This document shows positions 10,144 through 21,375 of a DNA stretch of 64,000 nucleotides, piece after piece. The number at the start of each line of letters is the position of its first letter. Position 1 is the stretch's first letter. The position numbers were made by a program, and so were the translations under genes. Origin of the DNA: an uncultured Armatimonadetes bacterium (lineage in GTDB: Bacteria; Armatimonadota; Hebobacteria; Hebobacterales; Hebobacteraceae); contig OY970296.1 of assembly GCA_963716175.1 (NCBI GenBank), positions 2,720,001-2,784,000 of the forward strand, read 5' to 3'. The notes below the pieces were generated by a model, which was not told the origin of the DNA, searched no databases, and worked only from the letters and a program-made list of their open reading frames with translations.

Positions 10144-10620
10144 TTACTGCGCTTGCGCAGCCTGGGGTCTGCCCACCAGCCCGAGCACGGCTTCGATGAC
10201 TATGCCTGCGGGCACCAGCACGATCGGGAATATGGGATTGGTGGCGCCGATGGCCGCTCCTACGCCGGCCAGCCCGAGAGCGATCCCCCGCAGTTCGCGA
10301 AACCGATAGATGATCTGGAAGACCGCCAGGCCGCCCATGATGCCTCCGATGAACCGGAGGCCAGTGGCGCAGAACTCAAGGAACATCAGCAGGATGTAGT
10401 TCAGTGACGGATCCCTGAGCCCGATGGGGCCGCCGGCCTGGTCCCTTAAGATGCCTGCGCCCGTCGCCAGGCAGGGCAGGATGATGGAAGCAATGGCGAA
10501 GCGACTGAGCCGCCGCCCGTCAGCATAGCGAACTCGCTGGGCGGGCCCGGCCGCCTCTACCACGACGCTGGAGCTTGCTGCCTCCTCAGGCTTCTGCTCG
10601 TCAGGCCCTGGACCGCTCAT
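10144..10620 (-). CDS. Small membrane protein (DUF4190-like)
   Basis: Start MSGPGP after GGAGGAG; SRFAIASI...GGLAVFQI...LRGIALGLAG pattern. Confidence 0.6.
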   Translation of the reverse strand: MSGPGPDEQKPEEAASSSVVVEAAGPAQRVRYADGRRLSRFAIASIILPCLATGAGILRDQAGGPIGLRDPSLNYILLMFLEFCATGLRFIGGIMGGLAVFQIIYRFRELRGIALGLAGVGAAIGATNPIFPIVLVPAGIVIEAVLGLVGRPQAAQAQ

Positions 10621-10823
10621 AAGCTCCTCCTCCCCGCCAGAGGCGGGCAAGTCCTTCGAGTAGCCGCCCGGTGTGGCCAGGGGCTTCGCCCGTAGAGTCC
10701 CAGAACTGCCCTGTTTTGTCAAGGACGGGAGGCCGCTGGGGAGCAATGCCAGGTATCTGGCCTCGCGCTGGCAGGAGCTTCCGCTCCTGGCCAACAATCA
10801 TCTTGAACTCACGGAGGTGCTCG

Positions 10824-11513
10824 ATGACGAGAAAACCCATGCTCCTCGTTCTTCTCACCGCCGCCTGTCTGGCCATACCGGCGGGCTTGGGCTGCGGGCA
10901 GAACGCGCGGTTGCCGAAGGCATCACCGGGCGGCGAAGTGTCTCTGCCGGCACCTAACTTCAAAGGACAAGTGTCCGTCGAGGAAGCGCTGGCCCGCCGG
11001 CGCTCGGTGCGGCAATTCGCGGCCAAAGACCTGACCCTGGAGCAAGTCAGCCAGCTCGCCTGGGCGGCGCAGGGCATCACCGATCAGAGGCGAGGATTGC
11101 GAACTGCGCCGTCGGCCGGCGCGCTCTACCCGCTGGAGGTGTACCTGGTGAAGCCGGATGGTATGTTCCGCTACCTTCCCCAGAGCCACCGGCTGCTCGG
11201 GCTCTCGGCCGACGACTTGCGGTCCCGGCTTTCGCAGGCCGCGCATGGGCAGCCATCTGTCCGGGAGGCGCCGCTGGACTTCGTGATCGCGGCCGTGTAT
11301 GAGCGCACCAGGGTCAAGTATGGAGCCAGGGCGGACCGGTACGTGCCCATCGAGGCCGGCCACGTGGGACAGAATATCCACCTGCAGGCCGTGGCGCTGG
11401 GGCTGGGGTCGGTATCGGTCGGCGCCTTCGATGACAAGGAGGTGGCAAGCGCGCTGGGCCTGCCCGGCGACCAGGAACCCCTCTATATCATACCTGTGGG
11501 CTATCCGCGGTGA
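10824..11513 (+). CDS. SagB/ThcOx family nitroreductase-fold flavoprotein with signal-peptide-like N-terminus
   Basis: RRSVRQF, RTAPSAGALYPLEVY, EAGHVGQNIHLQAVALGLG; GGAGG SD. Confidence 0.9.
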   Translation: MTRKPMLLVLLTAACLAIPAGLGCGQNARLPKASPGGEVSLPAPNFKGQVSVEEALARRRSVRQFAAKDLTLEQVSQLAWAAQGITDQRRGLRTAPSAGALYPLEVYLVKPDGMFRYLPQSHRLLGLSADDLRSRLSQAAHGQPSVREAPLDFVIAAVYERTRVKYGARADRYVPIEAGHVGQNIHLQAVALGLGSVSVGAFDDKEVASALGLPGDQEPLYIIPVGYPR

Positions 11514-11528
11514 GGCGAGATGTGAGTA

Positions 11529-12320
11529 TCACCGCAGGCCGGCGATGACACCCACTCCGGCCATCCGCAGCCAGATGCAGCCTGCGGCCAAAGCCACGCA
11601 TAGCGTAAGCGCGAGCCAATCCCGGGCGCGCATCCGGAGCTGAAGCAGACTGGAGCGCCGGGGGCTGGCGCGGAATCCGCGGGACTCCAGGCCCATCGCC
11701 ATCAGATCAATGTTTCTGATGGACGAGACCATCACTGGCACCAGCAGGGGGAAGTGGCGAACGAGGCGAGAGAGAACGGACCCGGACTCCAGATCCAGGC
11801 CGCGAGAGCGCTGCGCCTCCACTACCGTGGCGGCGCTCACCAGCAGAGTGGGCACCAGGCGGAAGGCGGTCGAGAAGGCGAAGGTGATGACGAAGGGCAC
11901 GCCCAGCCGGTGCAGCGCGAGCGAGAACTCCTCCACTCTGGTGACTGAGAGAAACACCAGGCCGGCCGCCACCATGGTGGCCAGGCGAAGGCCGGTGCCC
12001 AGCCCGTAGAGGGCGGACTCGCGGGTCACCAGCAGCGGCCATCCCGGGGCGAGAGGCGTCTTGCCCCGGGCGAAGAGCGACCAGAGCAGGCCCGCGAAGA
12101 AGAGAAGCAGAGCCAGCACCAGCCGCATCCGCCACAAGTTGGCGAAGGCCCGCGCCGCAGCCGCCAGCAGCAGGATGCAAGCGGCGAGCGCGGCCACATA
12201 GGCGGGATGGGTGAAGGCAAGGCAGGCGGCGAAGAGGGCGGCCACGCCGGCGAGCTTCACCCGCGGGTCGAGCCGGTGGAGGGGACTTGCTCGGTCAAGG
12301 TAGAGATCGCCGGCAGACAT
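11529..12320 (-). CDS. ecfT: ECF transporter transmembrane component T
   Basis: SPLHRLDPRVKL, AQRSRG, ESRGF motifs. Confidence 0.92.
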   Translation of the reverse strand: MSAGDLYLDRASPLHRLDPRVKLAGVAALFAACLAFTHPAYVAALAACILLLAAAARAFANLWRMRLVLALLLFFAGLLWSLFARGKTPLAPGWPLLVTRESALYGLGTGLRLATMVAAGLVFLSVTRVEEFSLALHRLGVPFVITFAFSTAFRLVPTLLVSAATVVEAQRSRGLDLESGSVLSRLVRHFPLLVPVMVSSIRNIDLMAMGLESRGFRASPRRSSLLQLRMRARDWLALTLCVALAAGCIWLRMAGVGVIAGLR

Positions 12321-12321
12321 C

Positions 12322-14037
12322 TCAGGCTCGCCTCATCACCTGGATAGCCTCCGCGACTGATCGCAGGGGCCTTCCCAGCACGGCGCCCAGCCGGGCGATG
12401 GGGGGCGCCACCAGTGAGGCCTGAGCGAGGAGCGCCGATTCGCCGAGGACCGCGCGCACGGGCTCATCGGCCAGCATGCGCCCCTGGTGCATCAGCACTG
12501 CGCGGGCCGCATACTCGGCGACGACCCACATGGTGTGGGTAATGATGATGATGGTGTGCCCTGCGAGATGGAGCCGGGCGATGAGGCCCATCATGTCTCG
12601 GCTCTCCCGGTAGTCCAGGCCGGTGGTGGGCTCGTCGAAGACCATGATCTCGGGCCGCGCCGCCAGCATGGAGGCGACGGCCACGCGCTGGCGCTCGCCC
12701 TTGGTCAACGAGAACGGGTCCTCTTGCTCGCGGCCGCCGAGGTGGACCGCGGCCAGCGCCTCACTCGCCCGCGCGGCCACTTCACTTGGGGGCAGACCGA
12801 AGTTGCGTGGACCAAAGGCCACCTCATCGAGCACGGTATCGGCGAAGATCTGATGATCGGGGTTCTGAAAGACGTAACCGACCCGCCGCGCCAGCTCCAC
12901 CCGGCTCTGCGCCCGGGTGGGCTTGCCGGCGACGCGAACTTCGCCTTCGGTGGGCTCCAGCAGGCGGTTCAAATGCTTCGCCAGTGTGGTCTTACCGGAT
13001 CCGTTGGGGCCCACGAGCGCGACGAATTCCCCCTGGTGGATGGAAAGATCAACCCCGGAGAGCGCGCGCGTGCCGTCGGGGTACCGGTAGCCCAGGCCCT
13101 CGATCTCGATCACCGGAAAGCCTGTGCCCTGTAGGGCGGGCATGTCGCCGCATGCCCGCCGAACAGCCTGGTCAACGCGCAATCCGTGCTGCTGCAGGAG
13201 GCGCGCCGCCTCCTCCGGCTCGCGCGGCCGGTCGGGCAGACCGAGTTGAGCGAACAGCGCAGCAAGGTCAGGAGGGCGCACACCATGGGCATCCAGCCAG
13301 GCCGGATCGGAGAGCATCTCCTGGGCTGGCCGGTTGGCCTCCAGCCGGCCGGCGTGGAGCGCCAGGGCGCGCTGGGCCAGTCCCGCCTCCTGGGCGTCGC
13401 AGGTGGTGAACAGGATAGTGGACGGCTTTGCCCGCGCCTCCGCGCCCAGGCCGCGCAACACCGCGAGCACGTCGGCCTTCCCCACGGGATCGAGGTCGGT
13501 GGTGGCCTCGTCGAGCACCAGGATATCGGGTGCGCCTGCCAGCACGGCGGCGATAGCCAGGCGCTGTTTCTCACCTCCAGAGAGAGCGGCGGGATGCCTG
13601 CGCTCGTATCCACTGAGCCCGACCGCGCGCAGGGCTGCGCTGATGCGAGCGCGGATCTCGTCCGCTGGCACCCCGAAGTTCTCCGGCGCGAACGCCACCT
13701 CCATCTCCACACTGGTGGCGAAGAGCTGGGACTCGAAGTCCTGGAAGACCAGCCCCACCCGGCGCGCCAGCTCGGGTACACGAGCCTGGGCGGTGTCCTC
13801 TCCGAAGATGGCGACCGAACCGGAGAGCTCTCCTCTCTGGAAGTGAGGGATGAGGCCGTTGAGGGTGCGGCAGAGGGTGGACTTCCCGGCCCCTGAAGGC
13901 CCCAATGCCGCCACGGTCGCGCCCGCCGCGACCTGGAGGTCCAGCGATAGCAGCGCCGGGCTCGTCCGGTCCTGGTAAGTGAACCCGACCTCTGAGAGTC
14001 GAATGGCAGGGACGGAAGCGTTTGGGGGGACGCTCAC
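12322..14037 (-). CDS. ECF transporter fused double ATPase (EcfA1-A2)
   Basis: Two ABC domains (GPSGAGKST/LSGGEKQR; GPNGSGKTT/LTKGERQR); GTG start overlapping the S-component stop. Confidence 0.9.
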   Translation of the reverse strand: MSVPPNASVPAIRLSEVGFTYQDRTSPALLSLDLQVAAGATVAALGPSGAGKSTLCRTLNGLIPHFQRGELSGSVAIFGEDTAQARVPELARRVGLVFQDFESQLFATSVEMEVAFAPENFGVPADEIRARISAALRAVGLSGYERRHPAALSGGEKQRLAIAAVLAGAPDILVLDEATTDLDPVGKADVLAVLRGLGAEARAKPSTILFTTCDAQEAGLAQRALALHAGRLEANRPAQEMLSDPAWLDAHGVRPPDLAALFAQLGLPDRPREPEEAARLLQQHGLRVDQAVRRACGDMPALQGTGFPVIEIEGLGYRYPDGTRALSGVDLSIHQGEFVALVGPNGSGKTTLAKHLNRLLEPTEGEVRVAGKPTRAQSRVELARRVGYVFQNPDHQIFADTVLDEVAFGPRNFGLPPSEVAARASEALAAVHLGGREQEDPFSLTKGERQRVAVASMLAARPEIMVFDEPTTGLDYRESRDMMGLIARLHLAGHTIIIITHTMWVVAEYAARAVLMHQGRMLADEPVRAVLGESALLAQASLVAPPIARLGAVLGRPLRSVAEAIQVMRRA

Positions 14038-14837
14038 AGCAGCGCGCAGGCCAGCAGCACGAGGACCACCGCGGGCAGGACGCCCAGGGCGATGCCGCTC
14101 TCGCCGGCCATGGGAGCGATCTGCGCGACCTGGCCGATGATAGGCACGTGATGCAGGCCGAAGGAGATGACGCACCCCGCGGTCACTCCCCCGGCCGCAG
14201 CGATCCACAGCACGGCCTGCGCGCCCAGGCCGAACCGGCCTGGAGAGAGATCCTCGGCCCCCATCACCTGGTGGTAGAGCAGCCCCCAGCGCCGGACCCG
14301 GGGGTAGAGAGCAGCGAGCAGGGGAGGGGCGAGCACGGCGGAGACCAGGAAGTTGTTGAGAGTGACGACAATGGCCATAGGGCCGAACGGGAACAGCCGC
14401 AGCACGCTCACTCCGTAGGCTACGATGAGCGCGCAGCACAGGCTGGAGAGGAGGCTGACCAGCAGCACCCCCAGCGGCCAGATGCGAGACGACAGATCGG
14501 GTTCTGCGGCCCGCCTCAAGCGAGAGAGGGATTGCCAGGCGCGGTAGGGGACATAGCCGTAGATGAAGTTGGCCACGAACCCGAACAGGCTGCCCGGCCC
14601 CAGGGTGCCGAAGAGATCGCCGATAAGGTTGCCGAAGGCCGCTCCCCAGGCCGCGGCGGGCCCGAACAGCAGAGAGCACACGATCGGGATGGCGTTGGCG
14701 GGCCGCACTTCGGTGAGCCCGGGGATGAGCGGAATGCCGACCTTGAAGGGGATGAGCACGGCCGCGTACAGCCCGGCGCAGAGCGCCACCAGAGCCACCA
14801 TGCGAGTGGAGCGCCAGACCGTGATCAGATCTTTCAC
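14034..14837 (-). CDS. ECF S component, QueT-like
   Basis: TEVRPANAIPIVCSLLFGPAAAWGAAFGNLIGD; hydrophobic; precedes ECF A and T genes. Confidence 0.8.
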   Translation of the reverse strand: MKDLITVWRSTRMVALVALCAGLYAAVLIPFKVGIPLIPGLTEVRPANAIPIVCSLLFGPAAAWGAAFGNLIGDLFGTLGPGSLFGFVANFIYGYVPYRAWQSLSRLRRAAEPDLSSRIWPLGVLLVSLLSSLCCALIVAYGVSVLRLFPFGPMAIVVTLNNFLVSAVLAPPLLAALYPRVRRWGLLYHQVMGAEDLSPGRFGLGAQAVLWIAAAGGVTAGCVISFGLHHVPIIGQVAQIAPMAGESGIALGVLPAVVLVLLACALL

Positions 14838-14853
14838 CGTGGTCCCCTCAGAG

Positions 14854-17800
14854 CTATTCGGGCCACCATACCATATCCCTTGGCCGCTGATGGAATCCCA
14901 CCGACGCCAACAGCGGTCCTGCTGCACTCTCGAACACGGGCGCGCCGTTCCAATGGGTGACGCGGAAGCGCCTCGGCAGGCCCGGCGCGCGCCTGGCAGT
15001 CACCTCCGCCACCAGTGCCCCGAGGGCGCGCGCAAGGAGTCCCTCCTCGGCGCCCTGCGCGGTGGTGATGCGGCTGCCCTCCGCCACCAGGCACGGCCGT
15101 CCCCGCTCCAGCACATAGTAGGAGGATGGCTGGCGGCCGGTGGTAGCCCAGGCCCCCAGCCTGGCCTTCAACTCGGGCCCGAAGGTGTTCGCGGGGTCAT
15201 AGGCGCTGAGCACGACCAGGGCACCCTCGTCGCGCGCCTCCTTCCATTCCCGCAGCGCCTCCACCGCCTCGGGCAGGGCGAACTGCGCCCCCGGCAGGGC
15301 GTCCACGAAGTATCCTCTCCGCACCTCTCCCCGCAGCTCCATGCGCTGCAGCCATTGGTGGAGATCAGTCCAGGCCCAGGGGCAGTCCTCTCGTGCCAGG
15401 CAGATGCGAGTGAGAACCCCATAGCGCAGCAGCAAGAGGCGCGCCCAGGCCTGGATCTGCTCCTCGCGCTCCGCCGGCCGGCCCCAGGCCCCCAGCCCAC
15501 GCACCAGGCTCCAGCGTCCCTCCAATGATCTGGTGGCGCGCAGCCGCGCCTTCACCTGTCGCTTCGCCTCCCGCATCTGAGCCGCGGTGGGCCGGCGCCC
15601 GATCGACGGTGGGATGTTCGCCCCCGAGACGAGTTCGGCGGGGGCCTCGGGGCCTGCCCTGAGCGAATGCGAAGGGAGCCGATGCTTCAGCAGGTTGCGC
15701 AACGCCTCGAAGCTGTCATTGGTGACCAGGCCCGCGCCGGCCAGCTCCTCCAGCCCTTGGTGCAGTTGGGCCGGAGTCTGGCCCAGGGCGCGCTCCATAT
15801 CCGGCCGGAAGCAGGCGCCCTCTTCCTCTAGCAAGGCCGCGATCTGCTGGCCGATAGGAGACAGTTGGAGGGCGGACATGCCCATGCCCGCCGCCTCGCT
15901 AGGGCCCCACAGTCTGCCGCCTTCCCCGCGCCAGAGAAAGGCGGCGCGGGTCCGCGCAGGCTGATCCGAGGGAGCTCGGCCGACCCACATCACCTCTCCA
16001 GTCTCGCACAACGCATCCAGCAGCTCAGGGCCATAGTCCTCCACGCGCGTGGGCAGCACTTCGCGCTCCCACAGGTCGGCGGGCAGCCACAAGGCCCGCA
16101 GTTGCTCCAGCACCTGCCTCAGGCCGGATTCGCCCCGCGGCGGTGGCGGGGGTGCCGGTGTTGCCAGCGCAGCAGAAAATCGGCATACGAGAACAGGGAG
16201 ACGGGCTCGACCTGGCGGCGCAGCACGGCCAGGCTGCGGCGATGCAGCTCGCCCAGGTTCTGCCGGTCGCACCACTGGGTCTCAGTGACACCCTTGGTGA
16301 ACCGTCCCGCGGCCACCTCCCGTGCGCGCACCAGGCGCTCCAGCTCTCGCGACAGCCAGCTTTCATCGAGGGCGTACCGCGCCCGAATCTCCGACATGGT
16401 CACCGGGCCGTGGTTGCGCAGGAACCGCCGCAGGATCTGGGTGCGAGCAGACTCACTGGAGGCCGATGGCGCACCTTCCGCCGGCGCGAATGCGGCGCGA
16501 TAGGCGGGAACGAGCTCTGCTGCGATCCAACGGCGCACCGCCTGTGGGAGCCTCGTCCCCGAGGCGACTATGGCGGGCAGCTCGACTTCGATGACCCGCC
16601 GCTGCCGCGCCAGCTCTGCCATCCACTCTTCCGCCTTATCTCCCGCCCGCTCCCGGATCTCGTGAGCGGACAGGTCGCCCAGGGCCGCGAGCAACTGGGC
16701 CAGCTCCTCCGCGGATCGAGCGCGAAGGCCGGGCGCGGTGTGCTGCAGTCTGGCCTCCAGCTCATCCTGCGCCTCCGGCCGCAGCAGCTCGGACAGGCCG
16801 GCTGGCTGCTCCAGCACCTCCTCCAGCATTTCCTGGCTGAGGGCCAGGGCCTGCAGTTGTCTCTCTGCTTTCGGCGCGTCCCAGGAGTACATGTAGGTGC
16901 TGACGAAATCGGCCAGCAGCCCCCGCGCCAGCGGAGATGGCACCATGGTCTCAGCCCGCACCACCCGGATCCGTCCCTGCTGGATCTGTTCGAGTACTTG
17001 CTCCAGGTGCTCCAGGTCGAAGACGTCGCGCAGGCAATCGCGGATGGTCTCGGCCACGATGGGGAAGTCCTCCAGCCCGCGGGCGATGGCCAGCAAGTCG
17101 CGCGCGCGGAGCCGCTGCAGCCAGAAGGGCGTGCGTCGCCTCCCGGCCAGCCCGGGCAGCAGCAGGGCGCGGGCGGCGTTCTGGCGGAACTGGGCGCCGA
17201 AGGCGGCGGAGTTGGGCAGCTCCTCTAGAATGCGCTGCCGCGCCTCCGCTGACGACATGCGCTCCAGCAGATCCAGCGGGGGATCGGCCTCCGCCTCCGG
17301 GAAGCGGAGCAGGATGCCATCATCATCGGCCTTGCACTCCACCTCCAGGCCCCGCTCGGCACGCAGCGCGCTCGCCAGCGCCAGTCCCCAGGCGCCATTC
17401 ACCCGCCCCCCGAAGGGGGAATGAACCGCCAGCCGCGGATCCCCGATGGCGTCGTGGAACAGCTCCAGGATCACGGTCTGGTCGGAGGAGATCGCGCCCA
17501 GGGCCTCCACCTGGCTGCGCACATAGCTAAGGAGGGTGCGGGCCGAATCCCCGTCCAGCGCGTGCTCTCGCTGCAGCCAGGCGAGCGCTTCCCGATCGCC
17601 GAGACGCGCTGCCACCTGGCGACGGAAGCGCCCCAGGGCTTGTCCCACCTCGAAGCTGCGCCAGGGGTACTCACCCCGCCAGAAGGGAAGCCGCGGCAGA
17701 GCGGAGGCGGCATCGCTCACGATCACCCGATCTTCTGTGATCCTCTGCGCCCGCCAGGTGTGCGTGCCGAGGGTGAAGACATCGCCCTCCCGGGCCTCGA

Positions 17801-19442
17801 ACACGAACTCTTCGTCCAACTCCCCGATCTTGGTGCTGCCGTCGGCCAGGTACACGCCGAAGGCGCCCCGGTCCGGGATAGTGCCGCCGCTGGTGACCGC
17901 AAGGCGGCGGCTTCCCGGAAGTGCGACCAGCCGGTCATTCACCCGGTCCCACCCGATACGGGCCCGGAGCTGGCGGAACAGCTCAGCCGGATAGCGCCCG
18001 GCCAGCATCTCCAGCGCCGATGCGAATAGCCGCCAGGACAGCTCCTGGTAAGGATAGGCCTGACGGAACAGGTCCCACAGCGCGGGGGCCTGCCAGCTCT
18101 CCCCGGCCACTGCCGCTACGATCTGCTGCGCGAGCACGTCCAGGCAGAGGCGGGGCGTGCGGATGGGCTCGACTTCCCCGTGCCGCATGCCACGGGCGAT
18201 CACGGCCGCCTCCATCAGGTCCTCCTGGAAGGTGGCGAAAATGCGGCCCACGCTGGTCTCGCCGACGAGATGGCCGGAGCGCCCCACGCGCTGAAGGCCC
18301 TGGGTGACGCCCTTGGGTGATTGCAGTTGCACCACTAGGTCCACGGAGCCAATGTCTATGCCCAGCTCCAGGGAGCTGGTGGCCACCAGGGCTGGCAGCC
18401 GGCCCTCCTTCAGGGCCTGCTCGAGGTCGCGGCGCACCTCACGGGACATGCTGCCGTGGTAGGCGCGGATGACGCCGGGGCCGAAGCGCTCGTTCAGCCG
18501 CTCGGCGAAACGCTCCGCCAGGCGGCGGCTGTTGGCGAAGATGAGAGTGGTGCGGTGGGCGCGGATCAAATCCACCACCCGATCCACCACCGCGGGCCAG
18601 ATGGAATCGTCCGGCAAGGGGGCGAAGTCAGGGACGGCGGTGATGACTTGCAGGTCCAGCGGCTTATGGCGGCCTGCGTCTACGATCGTGACCGGCCGGG
18701 GCTGGAGCCGCCGCGCCTCCCCCTCTCCCACCCAGGCCTGGCCGCCCAGGAAGCGAGCGATCTCCTCCAGGGGCCGCTGGGTGGCGGAGAGACCGATGCG
18801 CTGCACCGGGCCCCCGGCGACGTGGTCTAGCCGCTCCAGGCTGAGCGCGAGATGGACGCCGCGCTTATTGCCGGCCAGGCTGTGAATCTCGTCCACAATC
18901 AGCGTTCGCACATCGGCGAAGAGTCGCGGCGCGTGCGAGCTGGTGAGCATCAGGTACAGCGACTCGGGCGTGGTGATGAGCAGGTGCGGTGGCTTGCGCG
19001 CCATGGCCGCGCGGGCCGAGTTGGGGGTATCGCCGGTGCGCACCGCGGTGCGGAGAGCGGGCAGCTCTTCTCCCAGTTGGGCCGCCGCCGACCTCACCCC
19101 GGCCAGCGGCTCTCGCAGGTTGCGCTCGATGTCGTTGTTGAGGGCCTTCAGGGGAGACACGTAGAGCAGCCGCACACCGCCGGCGCCGCTGCTCTCCCTT
19201 GCTACTCTGCGAAGTAGCGAACCTCCTTCGCTACGAAGCACGAGCAGTTCCCGGTAGAGCGAGTCAATGCCCCAGAGGAAAGCGGCCAGGGTCTTGCCCG
19301 AGCCGGTGGGGGCGTGCAGGAGCGCGTGCTCACCCGCGATGATGGGTGGCCAGCCCAGGGCCTGGACCGGTGTGGGCCGGCCGAAGCGCTGACTGAACCA
19401 GGCCTGCACCCAGGGCGCGAAAGCGCCCAGTTCGACGGACAT
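14854..19442 (-). CDS. lhr: Lhr family DEAD/DEAH-box helicase, split by a 1-bp frameshift near 16140
   Basis: APTGSGKT, DEIH, ATSSLELGIDIG, QRVGRSGH in 16119..19442; Lhr C-terminal part (GEVRRGYFV...GAQFALPEAV) in 14854..16275. Confidence 0.9.
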
Positions 19443-19462
19443 CTGCGCTCCTTACCATCCCG

Positions 19463-19499
19463 TGCATGAGATAGTAGACGATTTGCGTGAGATAGTGAA
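19463..19499 (-). promoter_or_regulatory. lhr promoter overlapped by a 13-bp direct repeat (candidate operator)
   Basis: TTCACT-N17-TACTAT on minus strand; TGCRTGAGATAGT at 19463 and 19484. Confidence 0.55.
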
Positions 19500-19588
19500 T
19501 GGCCTGAGGTGCAGCCAACAGCCGCGCGTGCTGTGGAGGGCCGAGGGAATCCCAGCCTCGGCGGCGTATACGGGAGGCCGGTTGCTCC

Positions 19589-20812
19589 ATGCCAGACGAT
19601 CGGCCCAAGGTCAGACCTCTCGACATCATCCCGGTGCAGGCGCGGGGGCAGCAGGCGTTCCTGCTGCGCGACCCCCAGCGTCTGAGCCCGCGGGAGATCG
19701 TGGTTCCCGCAGACGTGGTCTTCCTACTGAGCCAGTTCGACGGCACCCGCACCGTCCGCGAGGCCCAGGTAAGCTACGTCCGCCGGTTTGGCACTCTGCT
19801 CACCAGCGACAGGATCGAAGGATTGCTGCGCCAGCTCGATGAGGTGCTCTTCCTGGAGAGCGAACGGTTCCGGGAGTTTCGGACCGAGTTGGAGGCCGAG
19901 TTCCGCGCTCGCCCCACGCGCCAGATGGCGCACGCCGGCCACTGCTATCCGGAAGGGGCGGCAGCCTTCATCCTCGACTGGCAGCCCCGGCTGGAGGCCG
20001 CGGTTCTGCCTGGCGACTTCGCTCTCGACCGGCGCCGGCCCGCGCTGATCGCGCCGCACTACGACATGAACGGCGCGGCCGAGTGCTATGCCTCTGCCTA
20101 CCGATTGCTAGCTGCGACTGAGCCTCCCGAGGCCATCGTCATCCTCGGTATTGCCCACAGCGGCGGCGCTTCGCCCTTCACCCTCACCCGCAAGCCCTTC
20201 GAGACGCCCTTCGGCGCATTGGAGGCCGATGGCCAGCTCATCGCGCCCCTGATCGAAGGCGCCCCCTTCGATCTCCTGTCGGACGAGTTCCTCCACCGGG
20301 ACGAGCACTCGATCGAGTTCCAGGCGGTGCTGCTTCACTTCCTGTACCGCGAGGTCGAGCCGCCCAGGATCGTTCCACTACTCTGCGGAGGCTATCATCG
20401 GCGAGATCACGAGCTCGCCAATCCGGCAGAGGTGGCGCCGGCGGCGCGGTTCCTCGACCTGCTGCGGGAGCTGATCGCCGCCGACTCACGGCGCATCGCC
20501 GTGATCGCCTCCGCCGACCTCAGCCACATCGGCGCGCGCTTCGGACAGCCGCCTCCCATCACCCAAACCCATCTCGAGCTCGCTCGCCGGCACGATACCG
20601 CGCTGCTGGAACGGGCACAAGCCGGAGACGCGGATGGCCTCTACCGAGTGCTGGCGCAGGAGCAGGATCGCTACAATGTCTGTGGCTTTCCGGCGATCTA
20701 CGCGCTGCTGCGTTTACTGCCGATAGCAGCAGGCCTGGTCCTGAACTACCGGCAATCGGTCGAGCCGCAGACGCAGTCTTGCGTGAGCTTCGCGAGTGTC
20801 GCCCTGAGATGA
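19589..20812 (+). CDS. amrB: AmmeMemoRadiSam system protein B (MEMO1 family) with N-terminal extension
   Basis: IAPH, ILGIAH, EHSIEFQ, SADLSHIG, NVCG. Confidence 0.88.
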   Translation: MPDDRPKVRPLDIIPVQARGQQAFLLRDPQRLSPREIVVPADVVFLLSQFDGTRTVREAQVSYVRRFGTLLTSDRIEGLLRQLDEVLFLESERFREFRTELEAEFRARPTRQMAHAGHCYPEGAAAFILDWQPRLEAAVLPGDFALDRRRPALIAPHYDMNGAAECYASAYRLLAATEPPEAIVILGIAHSGGASPFTLTRKPFETPFGALEADGQLIAPLIEGAPFDLLSDEFLHRDEHSIEFQAVLLHFLYREVEPPRIVPLLCGGYHRRDHELANPAEVAPAARFLDLLRELIAADSRRIAVIASADLSHIGARFGQPPPITQTHLELARRHDTALLERAQAGDADGLYRVLAQEQDRYNVCGFPAIYALLRLLPIAAGLVLNYRQSVEPQTQSCVSFASVALR

Positions 20813-21375
20813 CTCAGCGAGCGCCAAGGCATGTGCTCCTCACCGGCGCGCCCGGGTGCGGCAAGACCACGCTGGTGATGGCAGCGCTCCGGCTGCTGCG
20901 CGAGTCCGGCCGGCCAGTCTTTGGATTCTGGACAGAGGAGATCCGGCAGGCCGGGGCGCGGCAAGGCTTCGCGCTGGAGCTGGTGAGCGGAGGGCGGGAG
21001 GTGCTGGCCTCGATGCGACGCCCGGGCCCCCCGCGGGTGGGCCGCTATGGGGTGAACCTGGAAGTGATGGATCACCTGGTGGTGCCTGAGATCGAGCGGG
21101 GGCTGGCCGCAGCCCGGTCGCAGTCAGGAGTGGTCCTGGTGATGGATGAGATCGGAAAGATGGAGCTGTTCTCCGCCTCCTTTCAGCAGACCGTGGTTTC
21201 CGCCTTCGACGGCCCAGCGCGTGTGCTGGCAACCACTATGGCCAGGCCGCACCCGTTCGCCGAGATGCTGAAGCAGAGACCTGACACCAGGCTGATCACC
21301 GTGACGCGCGAGAATCGTGATAGGTTGGTGGCGCAGATCGGAGAGATGCTGCTGGGCCGCGCGAACGGGGCCTAG
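20809..21375 (+). CDS. Nucleoside-triphosphatase (NTPase_1/THEP1 family)
   Basis: TGAPGCGKTT, VGRYGV, DEIGKMELFS; ATGA overlap. Confidence 0.9.
   Translation: MTQRAPRHVLLTGAPGCGKTTLVMAALRLLRESGRPVFGFWTEEIRQAGARQGFALELVSGGREVLASMRRPGPPRVGRYGVNLEVMDHLVVPEIERGLAAARSQSGVVLVMDEIGKMELFSASFQQTVVSAFDGPARVLATTMARPHPFAEMLKQRPDTRLITVTRENRDRLVAQIGEMLLGRANGA

Noticed and set aside
14837-14930. preQ1 riboswitch upstream of the QueT-like gene
   Set aside because: Only a 16-bp gap from lhr, and no consensus is present
19589-21375. MEMO1 gene without AMMECR1 or radical SAM partners
   Set aside because: These genes are often scattered in a genome; nothing here indicates novelty
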